Shown here in pieces: positions 1-8,561 of a DNA stretch of 32,499 nucleotides. The stretch comes from Desulfovibrionaceae bacterium UBA930 (GTDB lineage: Bacteria > Desulfobacterota > Desulfovibrionia > Desulfovibrionales > Desulfovibrionaceae). The stretch lies in contig DBDO01000041.1 in the NCBI GenBank assembly GCA_002293605.1, positions 1 through 32,499 on the forward strand, given 5' to 3'. Both the position numbers and the translations under genes were made by a program. The notes under the pieces were generated by a model. The model saw only the letters and a list, made by a program, of their open reading frames with translations. It was not told the origin of the DNA and searched no databases. Position 1 is the stretch's first letter, and the number at the start of each line of letters is the position of its first letter.

Positions 1-252
1 CAGCAGGGCTCCTGCGACTGTGCCGCGCGCGGCTTTGCTGGTCAGCAAAAGCCCTGCAAGGCCGCCCAGGGCCGCCGGGCCGAACATGTTGGAAAGATTG
101 GCAAGCGGGTTGCTTTCACTGCCGCTGCTGGCGCTGCCGTTCTTACCGCCGAAAATGCCGGAAAGATTGGAAAGCAGGTCGCCCTTTTTCTCGCCGTTCA
201 GGCCGGAAAGGCCCTGTTCAACGATATTTTGCAAGTTGTTTAAAAGGCTCAT
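1..252 (-). CDS. YebE/DUF533-family (TerB-like) membrane protein, 5' part only (runs off the window)
   Basis: Not in the ORF track. Manual translation from ATG at 252 (AAGGAG RBS upstream) gives MSLLNNLQNIVEQGLSG...MFGPAALGGLAGLLLTSKAARGTVAGALL, open to base 1. The pattern resembles the E. coli YebE N-terminus as I recall it (LNQLQ...PGALGGLAGLLVANKSARK). Confidence 0.65.
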   Translation of the reverse strand, partial: MSLLNNLQNIVEQGLSGLNGEKKGDLLSNLSGIFGGKNGSASSGSESNPLANLSNMFGPAALGGLAGLLLTSKAARGTVAGALL

Positions 253-298
253 GTGTTGTTCTCCTTACGATACGATACTGGTGCCGTTCAAGCGTGGA

Positions 299-1519
299 TC
301 ATCCGTTCGAGCAGGAGCAGGAACAGGCCGCGCAATCCCCCGGCGCGGCGTCGTCCGGAAGGTTTCTATAGGGGGAGATTGCTCGTAGACGATCGATGAC
401 TTTGGGCAGGCTTTCGGCCACAAAGTCGATTTCCTGTCGCGTGGTATAGCGGGACAGAGAAAATCTGATGGAGCCGTGGGCGTAGGTAAAGGGCACGCCC
501 ATGGCCCGAAGCACATGGGAGGGCTCAAGACTGCCTGAGGTGCAGGCGGAGCCGGAACTGGCGCAGATGCCAAGCTGGTCCAGCATGAGCAAAATGGCTT
601 CGCCTTCCACATATTTGAAGGAAATGTTCAGGGTGTTGGGCAGACGATTTTCCGGGTCGCCGTTGACCACGCTTTCCGGAATGGCTGCAAGCAGGCGCTT
701 TTGCAGTTCATCACGCAAGGCCCGGACCGTGGTGTTTTCATCCTCAATATGCTGGGCCGCGAGTGCGCAGGCCGCGCCAAGGGCCACCACGTTGGGCACG
801 GCTTCAGTGCCTGCGCGGCGGCCGCGCTCCTGATGCCCGCCGCGCAAAAAGGGCCTAAAAGGCGCTCCCCGGCGTACGTACAGTGCGCCTATGCCTTTTG
901 GGGCGTGCAGCTTGTGCCCGGAAAGGGCGAGATAGTCTATGGGCAGGGCGGCCATATTGAGCGCTATTTTCCCGACCGCCTGCACCGCGTCCACATGAAA
1001 GGGAACGCCATGTTCCCGGCACAGGGCACCGACCTGCTCTACAGGATGGATGTTGCCGGTCTCGTTATTGGCGTACATCATGGAGACAAGCGCTGTTTCT
1101 TTGTTCAGGGCTCTCTGGAACTCATCCAGGCTGATGCGCCCCTTGTTGTCCACGCCAAGAAAGGTGACGGTGTAGCCCTGTTTTTCCAGATATTGCCCGA
1201 GCGAGAGCACGGCAGGGTGTTCCACCCTGGTGGTGATGAAGTGTTTTTTCTCCGGCCTTGCGCGCAGGGCGGAATAGACGGCTGTTGCATCACTTTCGGT
1301 TCCGCAGGAGGTGAAAACGATCTCCTCGGGCTGCGCGCCGAGCAGGGCCGCGACCTGGGAGCGGGCCTTGTTCAGGGCCTCCTGGGCCGTGCCGGCAAAG
1401 CGGTACATGCTGGAAGGGTTGCCATACTGATCCTTGAGAAAGGGGAGCATGGCCTCCAGCACCTCAGGGGCAAGGCCGGTGGTGGCGTTGTTGTCGAGAT
1501 AAACGAGGGCCTTGCTCAT
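299..1519 (-). CDS. nifS: Cysteine desulfurase, NifS type
   Basis: YLDNNATT, GNPSS, FTSCGTE, HVDAVQ, SGHK (PLP lysine), SSGSAC (catalytic Cys); 4-bp overlap with nifU. Confidence 0.96.
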   Translation of the reverse strand: MSKALVYLDNNATTGLAPEVLEAMLPFLKDQYGNPSSMYRFAGTAQEALNKARSQVAALLGAQPEEIVFTSCGTESDATAVYSALRARPEKKHFITTRVEHPAVLSLGQYLEKQGYTVTFLGVDNKGRISLDEFQRALNKETALVSMMYANNETGNIHPVEQVGALCREHGVPFHVDAVQAVGKIALNMAALPIDYLALSGHKLHAPKGIGALYVRRGAPFRPFLRGGHQERGRRAGTEAVPNVVALGAACALAAQHIEDENTTVRALRDELQKRLLAAIPESVVNGDPENRLPNTLNISFKYVEGEAILLMLDQLGICASSGSACTSGSLEPSHVLRAMGVPFTYAHGSIRFSLSRYTTRQEIDFVAESLPKVIDRLRAISPYRNLPDDAAPGDCAACSCSCSNG

Positions 1520-2403
1520 GACGCAGCCTCCCTAACCATAATGCCGGGCTCAACCTGCTCCTGAAGCGTTTGCTGCACAAAGCCCTCAAGGGTCAGGCGG
1601 CTGGAAGGGCAACTGCCGCACATGCCCTTCAGGGCCACGGAAACGGTCTTGCCGTCAATATCCAGCAATTCTATGTCGCCGCCATCCTGTTGCAGCCGGG
1701 GGCGGATAAGTTCATCCAGAACGGTCATCACGCGCTGCATGCGCTGAATGTTCGAGAGCGGAGCAGCAGGCGGCGTTTTGGGCGCGCGCAGATCCCTCAT
1801 GCCGGGGGGGAGGGGACTACCCCCCGCACCGTTCATGGCCTTGTCAGCAAGCGTGTCTTCCAAAATATGCTTGATTTCTTCAAGGCAGTCGCCGCAACCT
1901 CCGCCAGCCTTGGTGTAGTTGGTGACCTCCTCGACCGTGCTCAGATTATTTTCCCTGATGGCCTTGATAATCTGCTCTTCGGTCACACCAAAGCATTTGC
2001 AGACGAGCCGTCCCTCATGGCTGTGCGGCCTTGGCGGTTCGCCCCGGTAGGAGCGTATGGCCGCTTCCAGCGCCTCCTGTCCCATGACGGAACAGTGCAT
2101 TTTTTCTTTGGGCAAGCCGCCGAGGAATTCGGCGATATCCCGATTGGTGAGGGCCAGGGCCTCTTCAAGGCTTTTGCCCTTGATCATTTCGGTCAGAGCA
2201 GAGCTTGAGGCGATGGCGCTGGCGCAGCCAAAGGTTTGAAACGAGGCGTCAACGATCCGCCCGTCCTGGATTTTCAGAAAAAGCTTCAGGGCATCGCCGC
2301 AGGCAAGGCTGCCTACTTCGCCCACAGCATCGGCGTCTTTCATTTCACCTGCGTTGCGCGGATTTAAAAAGTGCTCGCGCACCGCATCAGTATATTCCCA
2401 CAT
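1516..2403 (-). CDS. nifU: Fe-S cluster assembly scaffold NifU (IscU-like, BFD-like 2Fe-2S and Nfu domains)
   Basis: MWEY start, ACGD, FQTFGCASAIASSS, KMHCS; middle CKC...GGGCGDC; C-terminal LQQDGGDIEL...GMCGSC; GGAGG RBS. Confidence 0.96.
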   Translation of the reverse strand: MWEYTDAVREHFLNPRNAGEMKDADAVGEVGSLACGDALKLFLKIQDGRIVDASFQTFGCASAIASSSALTEMIKGKSLEEALALTNRDIAEFLGGLPKEKMHCSVMGQEALEAAIRSYRGEPPRPHSHEGRLVCKCFGVTEEQIIKAIRENNLSTVEEVTNYTKAGGGCGDCLEEIKHILEDTLADKAMNGAGGSPLPPGMRDLRAPKTPPAAPLSNIQRMQRVMTVLDELIRPRLQQDGGDIELLDIDGKTVSVALKGMCGSCPSSRLTLEGFVQQTLQEQVEPGIMVREAAS

Positions 2404-2455
2404 GTATGGCCTCCGGAAAGAAGAGCCGGAAAAGTCCGGCGAAAAACGGGCTCAT

Positions 2456-2484
2456 AATATATACCTGCCACAGGCGCTTTGCAA
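2456..2484 (-). promoter_or_regulatory. Putative sigma70 promoter for nifU-nifS
   Basis: On the - strand: TTGCAA (2484-2479), 17 nt, TATATT (2461-2456). Confidence 0.5.
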
Positions 2485-2521
2485 TGTCTATAGCGCGGTG
2501 TACAAATTTGACCAGGGACGA

Positions 2522-2550
2522 TTGCGGGCCGGGGGATATTGGGCTAGTAT
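2522..2550 (+). promoter_or_regulatory. Putative sigma70 promoter for the ddh operon
   Basis: TTGCGG (2522-2527), 17 nt, TAGTAT (2545-2550). Confidence 0.45.
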
Positions 2551-2627
2551 GAAAGCCTGCATAGAAGTCATTATGCCTCGGCCAGGGGCCGAAGCATGAG
2601 ATATGTACGTATTATCAAGGAGAACTC

Positions 2628-3551
2628 ATGACCATGATTTCCGTTGTAGTGCACGGCCTTGGCAATATCGGTCGCCATGCGATAGCGGCCCTGGAAAAAG
2701 CGCCCGATATGCGCTGTCTTGGCATTATTCGCAGACCCGCTTCTTTGGGAACGCAGGCTCAGGATTTACGCGGCCTTCCCGACTTTGCCGATCTTGAGGC
2801 CCTGATCAAGGCCAAGGGCAGGCCGGATGCGGCCATTGTGTGCGGGCCTTCCCGTCAGGCCCCGGACGATGCGGCCCGCTATCTGGCTGCCGGGCTGCAC
2901 AGCATTGACAGTTTCGATATTCATGCCGAGGTGCCAGCTGTGGTGCGCAGGCTGGATGAGGCGGCCAAAAAGGCAGGCCGCGTGGCCGTTACCGCCGCAG
3001 GCTGGGACCCCGGCACTGATTCGGCCTTGCGCGCCCTGTTCGAGGCCATGACGCCCGCAGGAACCACCTTTACCAACTTCGGCCGGGGGCGCTCCATGGG
3101 GCATTCGGTCGCGGCCCGTTCCATACAAGGCGTGGCGGACGCCACGTCCATCACCATTCCCATTGGCGGGGGGCGCCACTCCCGTCTGGTCTATGTCCTG
3201 CCGGAAAAGGGCGCTTCGCCGGAGGATATCAAAGCCAGGCTGGCTGCGGACGAGTATTTCAGCCATGACCCGCTGGATGTTCGCTTTGTCGCTGACCAGG
3301 CCGAGCTTGACGCAACAGCCGACAACTCCCACGGCGTGCTCATGGAGCGCATAGGCTCCTCCGGCCTGACCAGCAATCAACGCCTGTGCTTTGACATGCG
3401 CATCGACAACCCTGCCCTGACCGCCCAGGTGCTGGTTTCCTGCACACGGGCCGCAATGCGTCTTACTCCCGGCAGCTACACGCTGATAGACATTCCGCCT
3501 GTGGCGCTTCTGCCCGGAGAACGCATGGATCATGTGGCCCGGCTGGTGTAA
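2628..3551 (+). CDS. ddh: meso-diaminopimelate dehydrogenase (type II, Symbiobacterium-like)
   Basis: GLGNIG Rossmann motif, DSFDIH, GWDPG, TNFG..SMGHS, NPALTAQV; AAGGAG RBS. Confidence 0.93.
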   Translation: MTMISVVVHGLGNIGRHAIAALEKAPDMRCLGIIRRPASLGTQAQDLRGLPDFADLEALIKAKGRPDAAIVCGPSRQAPDDAARYLAAGLHSIDSFDIHAEVPAVVRRLDEAAKKAGRVAVTAAGWDPGTDSALRALFEAMTPAGTTFTNFGRGRSMGHSVAARSIQGVADATSITIPIGGGRHSRLVYVLPEKGASPEDIKARLAADEYFSHDPLDVRFVADQAELDATADNSHGVLMERIGSSGLTSNQRLCFDMRIDNPALTAQVLVSCTRAAMRLTPGSYTLIDIPPVALLPGERMDHVARLV

Positions 3552-4116
3552 TGCAGCGCACGCGAAAGCGTACGGGCGCATCCGGCTTATAACCGGTGAC
3601 ATTACTGCCCTGAAGGTAGAGGCTATCGTCAACGCCGCCAATGAGTCGCTTCTGGGCGGCGGCGGCGTTGACGGGGCCATTCATCGGGCCGCCGGACCCG
3701 GCCTGCTCGCGGAATGCCGCAGGCTTGGAGGATGCCCGACAGGGCAGGCCAGAACAACGCGCGGCCATGCCCTATCTGCCGCCTGGGTCATTCATACAGT
3801 GGGACCGATCTGGCGGGGCGGCGGCTGCGCAGAAGCGCAGCTTCTGGCGGATGCCTATAGAAATGCTCTGATTGAAGCCCTAAAGGTGGGCGCGGCAAGT
3901 CTGGCCTTTCCGGCCATATCCACAGGCGCATACGGCTATCCCAAAGAAGAGGCGGCGCGTGTGGCTGTTCATACGATCAGGGACTTTCTGGCGGAACACG
4001 ATATGCCGCAACAGCTTGTTCTGGCATGTTTTTCAGAAGAATCGGCCCAGGCGCACGAGCGCGCCCTGCATGAACTGTTACCCGAGTGGAAAAGCTGCGG
4101 AGACGCTAAAGTATGA
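3532..4116 (+). CDS. Macrodomain protein, O-acetyl-ADP-ribose deacetylase / ADP-ribosylhydrolase (YmdB-like)
   Basis: [43 protein letters not shown]. The start position is uncertain (see findings). Confidence 0.92.
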   Translation: MWPGWCNAAHAKAYGRIRLITGDITALKVEAIVNAANESLLGGGGVDGAIHRAAGPGLLAECRRLGGCPTGQARTTRGHALSAAWVIHTVGPIWRGGGCAEAQLLADAYRNALIEALKVGAASLAFPAISTGAYGYPKEEAARVAVHTIRDFLAEHDMPQQLVLACFSEESAQAHERALHELLPEWKSCGDAKV

Positions 4117-4451
4117 AGACGATTTCCTGGAGCGAGTTTGAGGCGGTGGAATTGCGCGTGGGAACCATTATCCGGGTGGAGCTTTTTCCCGAAGCCCGCA
4201 AGGCGGCATATAAAGTATGGGCCAACTTCGGGCCGGAGATCGGCGAGAAAAAAACCAGCGCACAAATTACGAAGCTCTACAGCCCCGAGGAGCTTGAAGG
4301 CAGGCAGATTCTGGGCGTGGTCAATTTTCCGCCCAAACAGGTGGGGCCTTTTCTCTCGGAATTTTTACTCTGCGGTTTTACGGATGCAGAGGGCGCAGTT
4401 GTCATCGCAAGGCCCGAACGCCCGGTGCCGAACGGTGCCAGGTTGATGTAG
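4113..4451 (+). CDS. csaA: CsaA/Trbp111-family OB-fold tRNA-binding/chaperone protein
   Basis: [41 protein letters not shown]; ATGA overlap with the upstream gene. Confidence 0.9.
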   Translation: MKTISWSEFEAVELRVGTIIRVELFPEARKAAYKVWANFGPEIGEKKTSAQITKLYSPEELEGRQILGVVNFPPKQVGPFLSEFLLCGFTDAEGAVVIARPERPVPNGARLM

Positions 4452-4503
4452 CATTGCCTGATGACTTACGCGGCATTTGATGTAGACAAGGTTTGTATAG
4501 ATC

Positions 4504-5925
4504 TTAGGGGCGTTTTTGGCCGGGCCGCGCCTTTCTCACCGGGGCCTTTTTTTTCTCTGCCGGAGCTTCGGCAGGGGGAGAGGGTATAAATTCGGGCAGG
4601 GCAATCCCGGCCTCTTTGGCCCTGTCTATCACGTTATCTTTGATCCAGTGGTCATCCAGCCATTCCAGCGGGGTTACTTCAAGGCCGGAGAGCAGAATGC
4701 CAAAGTGCAGGTGGTCGCCTCCGGCCATGCCGCTGGTGCCTGTTTTGCCAAGAATGTCTCCCTTGTTCAGTTGCTGTCCGTTTTCAACGCTGATTTCACT
4801 CAGGTGCGAATAGAGGCTTTGCAGACCAAGGCCGTGATCGATGACGACCAGCTTGCCGTAAATGCCGAGCGAACCGGTGAACACAACCGTGCCGCCATTG
4901 GCGGCGGGAACGGGAGCCTGTTTTAGGGAAGCCAGGTCAAAACCGAGGTGGGTTTGTTCATCTATCTTTTGTCCTTCCCAGAGATAGCTTCTGCGGTCGG
5001 CGAAACCGGCCCTGGAGGCTGCCCTGGGCAAACGCAGGAAGGAGCCCTGCCAGAGAACCCGTGGGGCTGTGTTCTTGCCCATTTCCAGCAGGGCAGCGGC
5101 ATTTTCGCGGCGCAGGCGACCGTTGACCGCCAAAAAACGTTCAATGTCGCTCATATCTCCGGGAACCATACTTTCAAATTCCGCAGCCTTTTCATCCAGA
5201 AAGGCCTGGGAAATGGCGATGCTGTCCTGTTTGAACTGCCTGTTCATACGGGTGACCGGCAGATCTATAGTGTTGAGGTTGCCAGCCCGGTCCAGGGCAG
5301 CCAGTTGCGGGTTAAAATCTTTGTTATCCATAAAGTAGGGGAAGGCGAAAAAACACAGGTACTCGCCGTTGTCCTGACGAAAGGCGGGAAAAAACAGCTC
5401 GTTCACCTTTACGCCGGTCTGCCGTACCTCCTTGGAGAGGGAGTAGACCACGCAGGCAGCCCCCCCTTTACGAACGTAAGGGGTTGAGCTTTTTATGGAT
5501 ATGCGCGGAGGGCTCGTATCCAGGCGCAGGGGGAGGATGACGGTATTTTTGTTGCCAAAGCCAAAGCCCCCGAAAGAGCCGTCTGTTGCCGTGATTTCCA
5601 GATCAAAGACATCGTTGTTTTTCAGCCCGGCGTTGGCCAGCGAAAAGGGCACAGTCTGCTCCTGCTTGCCCTCTGAATATGTCTGGAGCGTGATGGGCAC
5701 TTCATTTTCCTGAAAGCGGACCCGTATATCCACGCTTTTGACTGATGAAGCGCTATCGTGGACAGTGACAAAGACGGGCAAGTCGGGAGAAATGCTTTCA
5801 AAGGTATGAGAGAAGGTGATTTGCGGACCTTCCCTATCCTGAAAAAGCAGGAAAAGGCCGCCGAGCAGAAAAAGTGTCAACAGAACTATAAACAACAGGG
5901 AAATTTTTTTTGCGCTTTTGGTCAT
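4504..5925 (-). CDS. M23-family zinc metallopeptidase with N-terminal membrane anchor
   Basis: HLGFD (HxxxD) and HLH (HxH) zinc motifs, YSHL, G.TG.SG; hydrophobic N-terminus. ATG 5925 chosen from RBS spacing; GTG 5928 is also possible. Confidence 0.9.
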   Translation of the reverse strand: MTKSAKKISLLFIVLLTLFLLGGLFLLFQDREGPQITFSHTFESISPDLPVFVTVHDSASSVKSVDIRVRFQENEVPITLQTYSEGKQEQTVPFSLANAGLKNNDVFDLEITATDGSFGGFGFGNKNTVILPLRLDTSPPRISIKSSTPYVRKGGAACVVYSLSKEVRQTGVKVNELFFPAFRQDNGEYLCFFAFPYFMDNKDFNPQLAALDRAGNLNTIDLPVTRMNRQFKQDSIAISQAFLDEKAAEFESMVPGDMSDIERFLAVNGRLRRENAAALLEMGKNTAPRVLWQGSFLRLPRAASRAGFADRRSYLWEGQKIDEQTHLGFDLASLKQAPVPAANGGTVVFTGSLGIYGKLVVIDHGLGLQSLYSHLSEISVENGQQLNKGDILGKTGTSGMAGGDHLHFGILLSGLEVTPLEWLDDHWIKDNVIDRAKEAGIALPEFIPSPPAEAPAEKKKAPVRKARPGQKRP

Positions 5926-5953
5926 CACATATCCCTCACGATACAGGACGTGT

Positions 5954-6403
5954 TCAGTCCGCGTTGTCGGGTGCCGGTTCCTCCTGAAGTTTTTCCAGAA
6001 AGCTGAGGCAGATTTTTACAAAATCCGATTCCGTCAAAATACCGAGCAAAAGACCACGTTCCAGTATCGGCAAACAGCCTATTTTATGGGTGAGCAGCAA
6101 TTCTCCGGCACGGCTGAGGGGCATCTCCGGCGGGATGGTCAGCGTATCAGTGGACATGACTTCCGATACCGGAATACCGGCCTCGATCTGGTCCTGAACA
6201 TCTTCGTGCACATCGGCAAAATGGGAAACGGTCGCTTTGAGGAGATCGCGCTGCGAAAGCAGGCCGATAAACCTGCCGTGCGGAGAAAGAACCGGCAGAT
6301 GGCGTATGCGCGCCTTTTCCATAATTTCCCGCGCTGTTTTCAAAGAATCCGAGGGTCTTAAGGTAATCAGTTTCTCCGTCATTACATCTCGGACCAAAAG
6401 CAT
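5954..6403 (-). CDS. CBS-pair (Bateman) domain protein
   Basis: VRDVMT, IRHLPV, GLLSQRDLL, VSEVMS, IGCLPI, GILTESD; GGAGG 5 nt before ATG 6403. Confidence 0.9.
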   Translation of the reverse strand: MLLVRDVMTEKLITLRPSDSLKTAREIMEKARIRHLPVLSPHGRFIGLLSQRDLLKATVSHFADVHEDVQDQIEAGIPVSEVMSTDTLTIPPEMPLSRAGELLLTHKIGCLPILERGLLLGILTESDFVKICLSFLEKLQEEPAPDNAD

Positions 6404-6797
6404 GCGCGCCTCCACAAAACCGGGTCTATTACAGGGATGGATTATACAAACAGTAGTTACGGGCCGCGCAAGTCCGGAAAGCCCAGCGCAGACAGGCGTA
6501 CTGCCACGCTGCCTTTTTCGGGAAATACGCTCGAACTTCGATACGGAGCCCTGCCCGCACAGAGAAAAGTCTAGAATAAATCATGACACGCTTTTTTCCG
6601 TTTTTCAAGCGCTAATTCAAAGGGCGGGCAGAAGGGTAAGCATTTGACAGGCATGGCTGTATATGCCAGAACCCGATGTATCGTCATACCGGGTACAATT
6701 GCCGGATGCAAGGAGCAGAAAGAGCGCTTTGCATGTGGAGTCCGAACAAGGGGCGAGGAAGCTTTCGCCACATATATGGCGCAAGAGGCGAAAAGGT

Positions 6798-7439
6798 ATG
6801 GGCACCTTCCAGATCAGCCGGAATCGTATGCTTCGCGAGCAGATCGCCAGCCGGGGCATTTGCGATCCGCGCGTGCTTGCGGCAATGCGCAAAGTGCCGC
6901 GTCATCTTTTTGTGGAAGAGGCCCTGTACAGCCAGGCCTATGAAGACTGCCCCCTGCCTATCGGCTATGGGCAGACCATTTCTCAGCCCTATATTGTTGC
7001 CGCGATGTCTCAGCTTCTGGAGGCCCAGCCCGGTATGCGCGTGCTGGAAATTGGAACCGGTTCCGGATATCAGGCGGCAGTGCTTTCCGAAATGGGGCTG
7101 GAGGTCTGCTCTGTGGAGCGTCTGCACGATTTGTATACGCGTACCGGGGCCTTGCTCATGCGCCTTCGCTACAGAAAAATCCGCCTGAAGCTGGCGGACG
7201 GCACCGAAGGTTGGCCCGAGTCCGCGCCCTTTGACAGAATCATTGTCACGGCCGGGGGGCCTTCGCTTCCGCAGCCTTTGGTGGAGCAACTGGCCGACCC
7301 GGGCCTGATGATTATCCCCATTGGCGGTGAAAGGCGCGGGCAGCGCCTGGTGCGCGTGCGCAAGGAAAAAGGCGTGGTGCTTCAGGATACTCTCGAACCT
7401 GTGGCCTTTGTTGATCTGGTAGGCAGCCACGGCTGGTGA
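6798..7439 (+). CDS. pcm: Protein-L-isoaspartate O-methyltransferase
   Basis: [49 protein letters not shown]. Homology begins near ATG 6798, so the ORF-track start at 6663 is probably too early. Confidence 0.95.
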   Translation: MGTFQISRNRMLREQIASRGICDPRVLAAMRKVPRHLFVEEALYSQAYEDCPLPIGYGQTISQPYIVAAMSQLLEAQPGMRVLEIGTGSGYQAAVLSEMGLEVCSVERLHDLYTRTGALLMRLRYRKIRLKLADGTEGWPESAPFDRIIVTAGGPSLPQPLVEQLADPGLMIIPIGGERRGQRLVRVRKEKGVVLQDTLEPVAFVDLVGSHGW

Positions 7440-7486
7440 TGCAAGGCATAATATATTCTTCAAGTAATACTTTAAGGAGAGACTCG

Positions 7487-8455
7487 ATGTCCGCCAATCC
7501 CTTTGAACAAGCCCCGCAGGGCGCGGCAAGCGCCTGCCGTTCCGCTTCTTCCTGTAAAAAAGCCGGAAGCGATGGCTCGGGCTGCGCCTCCTGCGCTCCG
7601 GCCCCGGGCGGGACCGATCCCTTTACTGCACAGGACGCTCAAATTCTTGCCACGCTCGGGCGTATCAAGCACATCCTGTTCGTTATGAGCGGCAAGGGCG
7701 GGGTGGGCAAAAGCTCTGTTACCGTCAATGTGGCGGCGGCTCTTGCGCAAAAAGGCTTCAAGGTGGGCATTATGGACGTGGACATGCACGGACCGAGCGT
7801 GCCGAATCTGCTTGGTCTGGGCTTCGGGCTGGAAATGGACGCAGCGGGAGAAAAACTTCTGCCTGCCGAATACCTGCCCAATCTTCATGTCGTTTCCATG
7901 GACTCTCTGCTAAAAGACAAAGATACCGCCATAGTGTGGCGAGGCCCCAAAAAAACCGCTGCCATCCGGCAGTTTCTGGCTGATGTTGCCTGGGGAGAAC
8001 TTGATTTTTTACTCATTGATTCCCCTCCGGGCACTGGGGATGAACATCTGGCCATATTGAAAACCATTCCAAAGGCCTTAAGTGTCATGGTCACAACCCC
8101 GCAGGAAATTTCTCTTGCCGATGTGCGTAAGGCCGTCAACTTTTTGCAAAATGCCCGGGGTGCCATTCTTGGCGTGGTGGAAAACATGAGCGGGTTGTCC
8201 TGCCCCAATTGCGGGCACGAGATTCCCCTGTTCAAAAAAGGGGGCGGCAAGGCCCTGGCCGAGCACTATGGCATTCCCTTTCTCGGGGCCGTTGTTCTGG
8301 ATCCCATCAATGTCGTTGCCGCTGATGCGGGCGCTCCGGTTGTGACCTTGCAAGAGGACTCCGCAGCCAAGCGCGACTTTCTGGCTCTGGCCGAAGCGAT
8401 TGCTCAGGCAGCGGAAAAGGATGCTGCCGTGCTTCTGCCCGCTCCCGCAGAGTAG
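7487..8455 (+). CDS. mrp: Mrp/ApbC/Nbp35-family Fe-S carrier ATPase
   Basis: SGKGGVGKS, DVDMHGPS, WRGP, DSPPGTGDE, VTTPQ, GVVENM..CPNC; AAGGAG RBS before ATG 7487. Confidence 0.93.
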   Translation: MSANPFEQAPQGAASACRSASSCKKAGSDGSGCASCAPAPGGTDPFTAQDAQILATLGRIKHILFVMSGKGGVGKSSVTVNVAAALAQKGFKVGIMDVDMHGPSVPNLLGLGFGLEMDAAGEKLLPAEYLPNLHVVSMDSLLKDKDTAIVWRGPKKTAAIRQFLADVAWGELDFLLIDSPPGTGDEHLAILKTIPKALSVMVTTPQEISLADVRKAVNFLQNARGAILGVVENMSGLSCPNCGHEIPLFKKGGGKALAEHYGIPFLGAVVLDPINVVAADAGAPVVTLQEDSAAKRDFLALAEAIAQAAEKDAAVLLPAPAE

Positions 8456-8474
8456 AGCGCCCGCTTTTTCCTGA

Positions 8475-8503
8475 TTGCGCAACAGCCGCGAGTATCGTAT
8501 TAT
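8475..8503 (+). promoter_or_regulatory. Putative sigma70 promoter for pgsA and downstream genes
   Basis: TTGCGC (8475-8480), 17 nt, TATTAT (8498-8503); the -10 lies inside an imperfect palindrome at 8491-8516. Confidence 0.5.
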
Positions 8504-8561
8504 ATGATGCGATACTGTAAAGTTTGTATCTGAACCACGCTTTTCGCTGAAACGGATTTTC

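Noticed and set aside
299-2403. nifS-nifU as evidence of nitrogen fixation
   Set aside because: No nitrogenase genes in the window; NifSU is the housekeeping Fe-S system in many anaerobes.
2551-2627. Lysine riboswitch upstream of ddh
   Set aside because: The leader is about 75 nt, far shorter than a lysine riboswitch aptamer, and lacks its motifs.
6441-6471. sigma70 promoter for the CBS gene (TTGCGC...TATAAT on the - strand)
   Set aside because: The -10 is perfect but the spacer is 19 nt, so it was not listed as a supported feature.
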